64,000 nt of DNA from Blastocladiella emersonii ATCC 22665 (lineage: Eukaryota > Fungi > Blastocladiomycota), in the NCBI GenBank assembly GCA_025594325.1, contig JANHCV010000001.1, positions 4,340,001-4,404,000 on the forward strand, written 5' to 3'. Positions 13,350 through 24,746 of this stretch are shown piece by piece; position 1 is the first letter of the stretch, and each line of letters begins with the position of its first letter. The translations under genes and the position numbers were made by a program. The notes beneath the pieces are model-generated. The model was not told the origin of the DNA, made no database searches, and saw only the letters and a program-made list of their open reading frames with translations.

Positions 13350-15133
13350 ATGGTCGCCACGACAACCGACGCTCACCATCACGGCCCCACCGCCACAACG
13401 ACAACCCCGCTCATCGCCGACTCGACCATGACCGCGAACCAGTCGCCATCACAGGGCGCCGTTCCCGACATTACGGCCAACCCCACGACGTTTGCGCGGG
13501 CCAAGGCCTTCTTCACGTCGCGGCAGGGCCGCATCTCGACGCTGCTTTCGCTGACGGGCTCCTTCTTCCTGGTCGAGCTGGTTGTCGGGCACATCTCGGG
13601 CTCGCTGGCGCTCGTCGCTGACGCCTGGCACATGCTGTCGGACGTGCTGTCGCTCGTCGTGGCGCTGTACGCGATCCGGCTCGCGAGCCGCACCACCTTC
13701 CACGCCAGCTTCTCGTACGGGTGGAGCCGCGCCGAGATTGTCGGCGCCCTCATCAACGGCGTGTTCCTGCTGGCGCTGTGCCTGACCATTGTGCTGGACG
13801 CGATCGAGCGCTTCTACAACCCCGAGGAGATCAAGAACCCGAAGCAGGTCCTCATCGTCGGCGCGATCGGCCTCGGCGTCAACATTCTCGGCCTGTTCCT
13901 CTTCCACGGTACGCGCTTATCGTGTCGCGAGATGTTGTGATGCATTCTGACTCTGAAGTGTGCGACATAGACCACGGCCACTCGCACGGCGGCCACTCGC
14001 ACGGCGGCCACTCGCACGGCGACGACGCACATGACCACGATCATGATCACGATCATGATCACGGCCACGACCACGCGTCTGCGCCAGCAACCGCCGGCGG
14101 CGACAGCAAGGCCACGCTCGCGGCGCCCGCCAAGCCGAGCGACGCCGTCTCGATCCGCTCGCACCAGTCGCGCGCCGCGTCGCTGCGCAGCACCGTCACC
14201 AACGGCGGCAACAACATGGACAGCGGCACCATCACGGGCGAGGGCCCCGCGTACCGCATCGTGCGCGTCGGGACCAAGGTGTCCATTGACCTCCAGGCCG
14301 CCAGCTCCTCTTCGTCGTCGGCGGACGCGCGCTCGATCCACCACAGCCCCGCCACGTCGCCCGTGCTCCGCGCACGCAGCCTCTCGACAACCTCGGGCAC
14401 AGCACGGGTCGCCGCCGACGAGGTCGCGCCGCTGCCACCCGTCCCGTCGATCCCCGACAAGGTGCTCCAGGCCGCGACCGACGCGGCGGCGCTGCAGCAC
14501 CAGGAGCGCGACCTCGAGGCCGGGCTGCCGCACGGCCATGCTCATGCTCACGACCACGCCAACGAGACCAGTGGAGACGGGCACTCGCACGACCTCAACA
14601 TGCGCGGCGTGTTCCTGCACGTGCTGGGCGACGCGCTCGGCTCGATCGCGGTCATGATCTCGGCGGGCGTGGCGCTGGCCATGATGGACCCCGTCACGGG
14701 CGAGGTGCCGCGGTGGGTCGTGTACCTCGACCCGCTCGTGTCGCTGGCCATTACGTGCCTGCTGCTCGCGGGCACCGTCCCGCTGGTGCGCCGCGCGTCG
14801 ACGATCCTGCTGCAGGTCGCGCCCGAGGGCCTCGACCTGCCCGCCATCCGGCGCAAGATCGGCGAGGTGCCCGGCGTCGTCGGCGTGCACGAGCTGCACG
14901 TGTGGCAGCTCGACAACGCCAAGTCGGTCGCCACGGTCCACATCGCGATGCTGCGCGACGCCGAGGCCGACTACGCGGCGACGGCGGCGGCGATCAAGAC
15001 GCTCCTGCACACGGTCGGGATCCATTCGACCACGGTGCAGCCCGAGTTTCTCGACGACGGCATGTCCGCGCACTGCCAGTACCGGTGCCCCGACCCGTGC
15101 GCCGTGTGCTGCGCCGACGAGAAGAAGAACTAG
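13350..15133 (+). CDS. CDF-family zinc/cobalt transporter (ZnT1/Zrc1/Cot1-like), 573 aa; intron 13909-13970
   Basis: GSLALVADAWHMLSD, SYGWSRAEIVGALINGVFL, His-rich loop, LNMRGVFLHVLGDALGS, YLDP, VHELHVWQL, GIHSTTVQPEF and a C-terminal Cys cluster. The intron joins ORFs 13089-13940 and 13721-15133 in frame. Confidence 0.95.
13978..14075 (+). repeat. His-rich coding repeats (CACTCGCACGGCGGC-type x3 and CATGATCACGAT-type) in the CDF metal-binding loop
   Basis: Encodes HSHGGHSHGGHSHG..HDHDHDHDHDHGHDH. Confidence 0.85.
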
Positions 15134-15146
15134 AGAAGAGTAGCTC

Positions 15147-15304
15147 TGTTGTACATAGATATCACGCGTGTTTCTCGTAATCAAGGCCCTGGAGTGTGAC
15201 AACTTGCGACTGCCGCCGTGGTCACGGTGCTCGCACAGCCAGATGCCCTGCCGCGTCCTGAGCGCGAGGCGGCCGTTCGAAATGGGAATCCGAGTCGTCA
15301 GCGA
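15147..15304 (-). pseudogene. Degenerate duplicate of the last exon and 3' UTR of the YjbQ gene (direct repeat of 17243-17410)
   Basis: Aligns with 17243-17410 (shared TGTTGTACATAGATATC; CTTGCGACTGCCGCCG..GTGCTCGCACAGCCAGAT..GAGCGCGAGGCGGCCGTTCGA). It translates as [29 protein letters not shown], with a W-to-R change and a 4-nt deletion frameshift. Confidence 0.85.
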
Positions 15305-16104
15305 GGAAGCTGCTTCGCGGCCGCGACATGACCAGTTGAATGCAGCGAAAGCCCAACTACTCAATCGTCACAGAGGTTGGACCGAAGAGTGCATCGCGCT
15401 GTCATGTCCTCACCATCTCGAGGGTCACATGCCATGGACGAAAGAAGGCGACTGAGGCAGCCGCGCAGACGCGCTGCCCGAATCGCAGCAAGCTAAACTA
15501 GCAACACATCCGATCCACAAAGGCATCGGCGAATCAAACCCGAGCAATAAAGTAGCACCATATCCACACTCCATGGTGGGCGAAGCCGTACCACATCCGC
15601 TGTCTTTACACGTCGCCATGATCGCTTGGCCGTCGTCAAGAAGCCCGCGCCTCTGCCACAGACGCGGCTCATACGGGACGGATAGGGGGTGTGCGCGGTG
15701 GAACAAGCTAGGAATTGACGCAACAACGGATGTCATTCGCTCTTGAGGTGAGAGAGCGAGGGGATGGCCGGGGATCCGGCCGGTATTTGAGGGGCCGGGG
15801 CGGGTCCGCGAGCGCTCAACGTTGCACCGAGTGTTGACTCGGGCCACGGGATACCCTCACGCCTCGTAACTGTGTCCCGCAGTGGCGCTGAGATGATTTT
15901 TGGTCGCTGGGAGATGATGCTCGTGGTGGGGGAGACGCGTCTCGCACTTGGGCGGAGACAAAACGTGATTTCGCGACGCGTCGTTGCGCCACGCCGGGTT
16001 GGCGCCGCCACCGCGAGCTTGGATGCTGCAGCTCCGGTGTGCGTTAGTTTCTACCTCATGGACACAAGTACTTGTACGCGTATCGCTATCGTCAAAGGGC
16101 AGCT

Positions 16105-17208
16105 CTACCCTTTGGCCGACGTCAATGGTGCCGTCCATCATCAAGTAAAGTCGTCTTTATCACAATCAAAAGCTCCGTCTACTCACCGCGCCTGGTCTCG
16201 CGCTTGCGGCTGCGCGTGCACTTGATGCGGTACTTTTTGAGGTTCCCGTATCGATCTACAAGAAGAGAACGCGTCAGCCCTGCATCGCACACACCCCCGG
16301 ATCGCGATACACGTACGCTCAAACGCGGCCTCGTGGCAATCCACGACCACGGACGTGAACTCGAGCGTGCTGATCGTTCATCCGCTCGAGAGCCCGAACA
16401 GCGGCACGGCAAACTCGATGCGGCCGTCGACGAGCGCGCCGCCAAACTCGTGGTCGCCCGCGTGCTCCTCGCCGTGGGCGACGCCGCCGCGGACACCGGG
16501 ATACGTCGTGCTCTTGCCGTCCTGGATGCAGAAGAAGCGGAAGCGCGCCTTGAATCGGAGCGGACGGGTCGCGTCGAGCTGGCCGACACCGCCGATCAGG
16601 ACGAGCGCGAGCGGGACCTCGAACATGTTGCCCGGGTTGTACAGCTTGCCCGTGACGCCCTCGACAAAGGATGCGGCGAGGTTCGACTCGAGCGCCCAGG
16701 TCGGGAAGGACGGCGAGGGGAGCGGCATAGCCGCGGCGGCAAAGTTGGTGAGGGGGATCGTGACGGGCGGAGACGGTGCGGGAAGCGTCGGTGGAAGCGG
16801 CAAGGCCATGGACATGTCCAATGGGGAAGGAAGCGGATTGAGGAGCGACAAGAGAAACGCGCGGAGGGTCGCGTCATGGACGACGCCAGTGTAGGTCGCG
16901 GCAGCCGGCACGACGCCAGGCTGCGCGGCACCAAACGGCGGCATAGGGCAGACCGAGAGCGTCACCGAGTAAGTCGGCTGCGGTGGGGGCGGAGTGGGGA
17001 GGTAGGGGAGGAACGGAGCGCCGCCGTGCCAGGTGGTATCGATGGGGCTCGGCGCAACGAACGAGTGCGGAGGAGCGGGTTCCAGGCTTGGGGAGGGGGT
17101 AGGGTAGTAGACGGCCGCGCCGCTGCCCGCGGAGGAAAAAGTCGAGGCGGAGGCGCCACTCGAGGCCGACTCGAACGGCTGCTGCGATCCAGTTGTCCCG
17201 AGCAGCAA
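16105..17208 (-). pseudogene. Unknown Pro-rich gene interrupted by an in-frame TGA (16378-16380), with intact downstream introns
   Basis: The frame of ORF 16378-17208 continues past the TGA (TISTLEFTSVVVDCHEAAFE) and splices through GTACGT..GCTGAC..TAG intron 16256-16316 in phase into HRYGNLKKYRIKCTRSRKRETRR, followed by a GTGAGT donor at 16186. No ATG lies at the 5' end of the open frame; the 3' end is tentative. Confidence 0.5.
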
Positions 17209-17287
17209 GGCCAGGTCGAGAAGAAGAAGTAAGCCGGTGTTGTGTTGTACATAGATATCGCGTGTTCCTTTCTACTAGCAACCAGGC

Positions 17288-17869
17288 TCAGGCGCCCTGG
17301 AGAGTGACAACGACCTTGCGACTGCCGCCGCGGTCGCGGTGCTCGCACAGCCAGATACCCTGCCACGTCTCGAGCGCGAGGCGGCCGTTCGAGATAGGGA
17401 TCGTCAGCGACGCGCCCATGAGGCTCGACTTGACGTGGCCGGGCTACGAGCGAGGTTCAAGCAGGGTCAGGTTCGCCGTGGCGAGCATGTGAAGCGCGCG
17501 ACGGCCGTACCATGTCGTCGGGACCCTCGTCCGTGTGCACGTAGGGCGCGTCCTCGGGAACGATCCGGTTCAGCATCATCTCTAGGGCGCTTCCGTGTCA
17601 GAATCCAGGGGCAGCCAAGGTCCTCGACGGCCGGGCGCGTACCCATGTCCTTGCGTTCACTGTGCACTGCATGTCAGTCAGACCCGCATCAGACCCTCTC
17701 CGGTACAGCCCGTACGCGTCAGACTCGCGCTCGTGTGCTGGATGAAAATGTTGGCGAGGCCGACCTTGAACTTGCGCAGGTCGGTGCTCACAGCGCGCTC
17801 GATCTCGGTCGTGACGAGGTGGCACCCGCGGGCGCGCGGCTGCAGGCCAGCGGTCTTCTGTGCCCACAT
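17288..17869 (-). CDS. YjbQ/UPF0047 (secondary thiamine-phosphate synthase family) protein, 4 exons; exon 2 lacks the conserved NENxDPDV motif (possibly decaying)
   Basis: [25 protein letters not shown] / RKDM / [19 protein letters not shown] / [36 protein letters not shown]. Exons 17716-17869, 17643-17666 (or -17659), 17511-17581 and 17288-17443. Confidence 0.85.
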
Positions 17870-18028
17870 CTTTACTTGATCAGCTTCGTAGGTTTCTGTA
17901 GGGGAGAGAGAGAACCGTCCGCGGACCCGCGCGCCGGCTGTTCAGTCTCCGATCGGCCGGCTCGACTCATCGCTGCCCCGGCCCGCTTCCCCTCTCCCTT
18001 CCTCAACGGATCGAATGAACCTGTCGCA

Positions 18029-20650
18029 ATGGAACACAATGGATTATCCGGGCGCCCGAGGGACGACGACAGCGGGTCGCGCGACGGCGAGGAGCCGCCG
18101 CTGAAGCGGCTGCGATGGGACGAGTCCGATGGTGAGGACGACGCGGCGCCGTTTGTCTTCGAGTCCGATGCAGACGGCAGCGACGACGATGACGAGGAAG
18201 AGGAGACGTGGGAGGAGGTCGCCGTCCCACCCGCACCCGCACCAGAAGCGCCAGCGGTCGCCGCGTCTGACAGCGCTCCCACCGATGGCGCAGCACCGCC
18301 CTCCTCCGACTCGGACTCCGACGACGAGCCCATGGACTGGGCGCCCGTCGGGTTCCCGATCAACCCGCTGCCGCCGCCGGCCGCGCCGGTCCCCGAGTCC
18401 AACGTCGGCGCCGAGGGCCTGCAGATCGTCCTCGACATTGCGCCCGAGGACGCCGACGGCACGGCCAAGAAGCCCAAGCGGCGCGCCATCACCAAGGCCG
18501 ACCGCCTCGAGCGGCTCGCGCTGCACCGCGCCCACCTGCTCGCGCTGCTCGCGACCGCGCACTACGGCAAGTGGGCGACCGAGTCGCCGCTCGTCCACGC
18601 GGTTCTCGCGTCCATGCTCCCCGAGTCGGTCCTGGCGCGCAGTGGGGTCGACGCGAGCGGCCCGGCGCAGCAGGTGCGCCTCCGCCCGCTCATCGTCTGG
18701 TTCCGCGAGACGTTTACTGCGGATCCGTGGTGCGCGTACCCGACCGACTCGGACGTCATGGACCCCGAGCGGCCAAGCGTCCCGGTCGGCGCGCTGCTCG
18801 ACGCCGCCGAAGCGCGCCGCGGCCACCACGACACCCTGACTCTGCTGTTCGCCGCGCTCCTGTGCCACCTCCGCGTCCCGCACCGCCTCGCCGTCGGTCT
18901 CGCACCCGTCCCGCTGTCGTTCGAGGGCGAGCTGCGGCTGCCCACCGAAGACGGCGAGGCCAGTGCATCCGGCGACGGCCGCGTCACGCCCGAGTCCACC
19001 GCGCGGCCGCGCGAGGTTCTCGCCGCCAAATCTTCCGGGCGATACCCGCTGTCGTTCGTGATTGAGCGCCCGACGGGCGACGACCCGCCGCAGTGGGTCC
19101 CGCTGCACCTCCACCACGTCGCGGCGTCCGAGGCGGGCGGGCCGCGGCCGTACCGCGTGCCGCCGCTCCCAACGGCTAAGAGCGCGGCCACCCCGCCGCT
19201 GGCGTCGTTCATCGCGGGGTTCGGCACGCGCGGGCCCGCGTACGTCGTCGCGCTCGTCCCACCGGCGGGCGACGGCGCGATCCGGCTCCACGGCCTGCGT
19301 GACGTCTCGGTGCGGTACCTGACGGGCGGGCGGAAGGTCGAGGACAAGAAGCGGCGGGTCCCGCTCGACGACGCATGGTGGCTGCGCGTGTGTCGCTCGC
19401 GCGACGAGGCCCGCGCACCAACACCTGCCGGCGCAGCCGGCGCCGCTCCCTCCACCGCCGGCGCCTCGTCCAGCGCGTCAGCCTCGCTCGTCGAGGACCA
19501 GCAGCTGCTCGAGCAGCTCCTCAAGGCGCCGCTGCCGACGCGGCTCGGCGACTACAAGGACCACCGGCTGTACGCGCTCGAGCGGCATCTGAAAAGGTCG
19601 GAGGTGATCCACCCGAAGACGCCCGTGCTCGGCAAGATCAAGGGCGAGCCCATCTACCCGCGCACCAACGTGCACACGGTGCGGTCGCGCGAGGCGTGGC
19701 TGCGCAATGACGGGCTCGCGGTCAAGGATGGGGAGGAGCCCGTCGCCATGGCCAAGGGCCGCGGGCCCGAGGGCAAGGAGCAGCCGCTGTTCGGCGCGTG
19801 GCAGACCACGGCGTACGAGTCCGCAGCCGTCGATCCGAATACGGGCGAGGTGCCCAAGAACCAGTTCGGCAACGTCGAGCTGTTCCACCCGCGCATGCTG
19901 CCGCGCGGCGGCGTTCACGTCACCTGTACGCTTTACTGGTGATGGCTTGAGCTCTTATCACTCACAACTCCTTGTGCGCGTGTAGTCAAGGGCGCGAAAC
20001 AGCTCGCACGGCATCTCGGCATCGACTTTGCTGACGCCGTAGTGGGCTTCGACTTCAAGCGTGGCGGGCTCACGGTCCCGGCGATCCACGGCATCGTGGT
20101 TGCCGAGTACGCGGTGCCGCTGCTCCGCGAGGCGTCGGCCAACCTCGCCGCCGTCGAGGCCGAGGAGGCCCTGGCCGAGCGGTCGCGCCGCGCGATCCAG
20201 CGGTGGGGCAAGTTTGCGTTCATGCTCATGTCGCGCCAACGCGTCCAGAACCTGTTCTCGATGACCGGCGCCATGCCCAGCGTAATCTCAAGCGCAGCGG
20301 TGGCAGCCGGGCAGCGGGAGGCTGGCGGCGTGGACGAGGACTCGATGGAGGTCGAGGAGGAGCCACCTGCGTCGCCACCGCGGCGGTCAGTTCGCGCTCG
20401 GCCAGCATCTCTCACTGCTCTCGTTGACGCGAGTGATGCGGGGAGCACCAGCGACGACAGCGCAAGCGAGGCCGAGGTCCCGCCATCTTCGTCGTCAGAC
20501 GAGAGCGAGGACGACGGCGAGGAGGACTTTGACGATCCAGATCTCGGGCCGCGGGTTCGCCGCCAACGAGGCCCGGCCGGCCGACGTGCCGCTCCGGCGC
20601 GTGCACCTTCCGACGACGACGATGACCTCGGAGGAGGATTCATGCTCTAG
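18029..20650 (+). CDS. RAD4: Rad4/XPC nucleotide excision repair damage-recognition protein, 853 aa; intron 19926-19985
   Basis: RLALHRAHLLALL, LPTRLGDYKDHRLYALERHLKRSEVIHP, EPIYPRTNVHTVRSREAW, LFGAWQT, VPKNQFGNVELFHPRMLP and IDFADAVVGFDF..P..HGIVV (BHD1-3 domains). Confidence 0.93.
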
Positions 20651-20839
20651 CTGTCCAATACACCTACCGTACCATGCCTTCCCCTCGACGCGAGTCGTTT
20701 CAGCCCACTGCGCCACTCAGCTGACGGAATCGCATCGTGGCGGCGCGCTCGCGATGTCGCCGTTCGGTCGACCGTTTGGATCGGCGACGGCAACCATGCC
20801 CCTTCTCCCTGAACGAGCTCTTGCAGTACCACGCAGCCC

Positions 20840-21369
20840 ATGTATCTCAGACGAGCCGCAACGTTCCACGCCGCCGTCACTCGCCTTGCCCCCACCCGTC
20901 CCGTGTCCCTGCCAGCCTCCACGCGTTACGCCACCATGACCACCACGTCCGCGAACACGAACACCAACGGATCGGGGTCCGCCGCCTCGGTCTCGGAACC
21001 ATGGGCCGAGGCCCATGCCAAGGCGCTTGCCGTACGCTCCTCCTCTCTGCTCAGCGCGTCTCCATCACGGCGCTGATCACCTCGCGGTCTAACTAGGCCG
21101 ACTTGGAGACGTACAAGGACCCCGCGACGGGCTACTCGGTCTTCACCGAGGTGTCGCACCGCAAGCGCGGGTACTGCTGCGGCAACAAGTGCCGGCACTG
21201 CCCGTACGACAACCGCAACGTCGGAAAGCCCGAGCAGCTGGCTGCCGACAAGCGCGCGGCGGCCGCGGCCAAGCGCGAGGAGCGCCGCAAGCTCGAGGCT
21301 GCTGGGATCAAGAGGCCGGCGGCGACAGCGGCGGCGAGCGACGATTCGGACGAGGATATGACGTGGTAA
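20840..21369 (+). CDS. Small Cys-rich DUF5522/C1orf53-like protein, ~154 aa; intron 21032-21096 (alternative ATG at 20936)
   Basis: TYKDPATGYSVFTEVSHRKRGYCCGNKCRHCPY motif. An in-phase GTACGC..CTAAC-TAG intron; the Arg-rich, acid-free N-terminus resembles a mitochondrial presequence. Confidence 0.75.
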
Positions 21370-21449
21370 CAACGGGTTTATTAGTAGCAGATGAAGTGAA
21401 GGTATCGTCAGAATCGATGGTTGATGCGCCGCGCGCCGGCGCGACGGGA

Positions 21450-24400
21450 TCACCGCTCGCGCTTCGGACACACGATGCCGCACGGCTTGTACATCTTGAG
21501 GATGAAGTGCGCGTTGCGCAGGTTCTTGCACACGGCCGTGAGGAACACGGACTCGCCGTAGTCGAAGCGCAGGTGGATGTCTACACACACACGCGCCCAT
21601 CGTCCGTCAGTCAGTCCCCGCTCACCCTACTACACCCGGAACCCGAAACCCGAAAACGTACGGCTGCGGACCCAGTATCCCTTCCACAGCGCCTGGAGCC
21701 GCGTGGCTGCCGCGTGCCGCGTGCGGATCTTCTGCGCGCGGACGCGCCGCATGCGGATCTCGCGCCACATGCTCTGGATGCGGATCGCCGCGTGCAGCTG
21801 CAGAAGGCCCGTGCGATGCCGCACGAGCGACTTGCCGAGCGCCGACAGCCGCGCGCGAATGTCCGGCCGCAGCACCGAGCGTAGCATGTACCCGCGCCAC
21901 ACGCGCTGGATCGTGGTCGCTGCGTGGTATTGCTACGAGAGGCATCGGCGAGGTGTGAGCCGCGAAGTTGCCCATGCACGCGCGCAAGATGTACCTTGTT
22001 CCGCGTCTTGGCCTCCTGCAGGCGCTGGTACAGCGGGCGCCACCACTGCTGGATGCGGACCGCGGCCTTGGTGAGCAGCTCGAGCTTCTTGCGGAACCGC
22101 GACGCGAACGGCGAGTTGCGGAAGTGGGCCCAGTCGCGGAACTTGTTCTGGATCGTTCGCGCGGCCTGGTGCAGCTCGGTGATGGGCCGGTTGTACCGCA
22201 GCCGCAGCAGGGCGACCCCGAGGTACAGCTTGATGCGCCAGTTGCGCTGGATGATGTGCGCGGCCGCGTTCTTGACGGCGCGGATCCGGTTCAGCTTGCG
22301 CCGCGCCATGCGCTGGATCCGGATCGCCGCCGCCGTCTGCGCCTCGAGCAGCGCGCGCCGCCACCGCCGCCCGCGGAACACGCGCCACGCGCGCTGGATC
22401 TTGGTCGCCGCCAGCGAACGCTTGTACACGGACGGCGGGAACTGCGACCACGACCGGTCCTCCTCCGATGCGATCGACGCGCGGAAGTGGTTCTTCTCCA
22501 GCGCCAGTTGCACCCGCTCGTCCTCCTCGGGGAGCACCGCGCGGTCGCGGCTGCTCGCGTCGCCGCCGAGCGCGCCGCCGGCTCCACCCGCACCGCCGCC
22601 GAGTCCGCCCGCACCGGTCCCGGCGCCCGACGTGGTCGTGAGGTTGGCGTCGTCGAGGATCGACGCGGCGTGGTCGGGCCGCGATGTCGGCGTCGCGAGG
22701 TACTCGTTGAGCGAGTACGCGTCGACGAGGTACGCGAACGGGTACAGCCCGAAATTGACGCGCATGTCGACGGCGTCAGCCGCGCTGGCCCCGTTGAGCG
22801 CGAACATGGGCACCAGCAGCTGCGTCTGGATCAGTTGGACCTGCCGCGTCTGGTCGTCGGGCGCGTAGTGTTCGGCGCCGTCGCCGAACGCGATGTCCAG
22901 GACCTGCCCGTCAAACACGAGCGCAATGGTCCCCGCGGCGACATCCACGAGCACGCCGTACGTACACATGACGGACCCGGTGGCGTCAAGCCCCGCGAGC
23001 TCGTGCTGCGAGACGAGCTGCGCGAACGAGCTGCGGAGCGAGTCGTTGGACCCGGACCCGGACGCGGATCCGCGCCCGAGGAGCAGCGGGTTTGCGCCCT
23101 CCATGTACCGCGTGGGGAGGCCCATGAAGTACACGTTCCCGTCGAACGAGATGCCCATGGACTCGTCGAGCATGCCCGGGTACCCCGAATCGCTCGTCCC
23201 CGGCGCAGCGCCCGGCCGGAACACGTCGAACCCGACGCGCCACGCGGTCCGCTCGCGCACCGTGAACTCGAAGTAGAACCGGCACGTGTGCTGCAGCTTG
23301 CGCGCCATGGCGTACAGCACGTTGGCCGCGAACGTGGCCGAGCGCGGGTTCGACGCCGCGTTGGTCGTCGCGCCGGTTACGCCAGCGGCAGCGGGCGCCT
23401 GTCCGTTGGCCGTGGCCGCCGCCGCCGCCGCATCCTCCTGCACGTCGTACCCGAGCGCGAGCAGCTTGTGGCGCAGCACGCCCTGCGCGTACAGCGGGTA
23501 CGCGATCACGTCGGCCAGGACAAAGTGGCCCGGGTGCACAAGGTCGGCGGTGCGCGCCAGCAGGTGCATGAACGACGTCGTCGTGTCGCCCGTGTCGCGC
23601 GCCTGCTCGACGGTGCGCAGCGCGGACTGGACTAGCTCGAGCTCGATGGGTCGCGAGAAGGCGTGCGCGCGCAGGGCGCCGCGGGTCGCGCGAACGCAGC
23701 CCCAGGCGAGCGGGTCGGGGCGGTTTGGCTGTAGGCCAAAGTCGAGGCGGCTCGAGTGCAAGAAGACGACTTCGGAGTCGTTGGCGCCGACGAGGAACAC
23801 CTTACTACGGAATGGGGAGGGCGAGGTCAGTTCGGCCGAGGGTCGTCGCTGCGGGACGATGGCCGCTGTACCGCGACAGGATTCCCGTCACGTCGTCGTT
23901 GCCGACAAAGCCCCACGCGATGCCGTCCTTGAGGTACGTGACGCAGTTGTTGCGCTCCGTGGCGTTGACGAGGTCGAGCGTGGTGCGCGAGATCAGGTCG
24001 CCGAGATTGTGCATGATCCCGGCGCTACACGCCACGCGGGCAGGTGAGATTGAGCACGTTGCAAGGCCGTTAGAGGGCTGCAAACCCGTGGCGGAACATG
24101 GTCCGCAGCTCGCGCTTGGTGATGAGCCGGCGGTTCCAGATCTGCTGGAGAAACTCGTCCTTGTGTGCCTGGATTAGGTTGCCCAGCTCTACGCTCGCCG
24201 TCAGTGTTGCGGTTTGTGCAAGTGTTCAGCGAGCGGCATACCCTTTTCATCACCAATCTTGGACATGATGCGGCTTTTGAGCAGCGAGGTGCGGACGCCC
24301 TGGTTGATGATGGCGGCCATAGCCTCGGTGTTGAAGTGGTCCATGAGCTCCTCGTCCTCGGCCTGGTCCATCGAGTTCTACAGAACGGGACGAGGGACGG

Positions 24401-24746
24401 TAAACAACCGCGACGGGTACATAAGGTGTGGTGTACGCACGCGCAGCTTGTTGATCTCCTGCAACCTCCGCAGACTCGTCTCCTTGCGCAGCAGCAGGCA
24501 GTTGGCCTGGACGTGGTGGCACAGGTCGCGAAAGTAGCCGATCTCGCGTACACCGAACGAAAGCTTGCGGAGCGACATTCTGCGGGCGCCAGAAACGTCA
24601 GCTTAGTAAACGATATTCTTATGAGAAGCAACGTACCGTCGCCCGGTCCCCTTGGCCCCAGTCAGGTTGCGCACGACCGACTCGCGGTGCGCCGACGGCA
24701 TGTCCGGCGCGTCGCGCCCGACGGCCAGACTTCCGCGGTGCATCAT
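21450..24746 (-). CDS. Multi-exon protein with a SPRY-like domain and ~8 IQ calmodulin-binding motifs
   Basis: SPRY-like FYFEFTV..WRVGF..MGISFDG..YGVLVD..LVPMFAL..VNFGLYPFAY. IQ motifs include IQRAWR, IQRMAR, IQRNWR, IQNKFR, IQQWWR, IQRVWRGY, IQSMWR and LQALWKGY. Canonical introns link ORFs 24603-24791, 24378-24578, 23805-24083, 21611-23800 and 21630-21902; start codon is tentative. Confidence 0.7.

Noticed and set aside
15305-16100. Possible ncRNA or transposon remnant in the lower-GC interval (C-box-like AGATGAT, short ORFs)
   Set aside because: No complete C/D box pair, tRNA cloverleaf, terminal inverted repeats or transposase/RT motifs were found.
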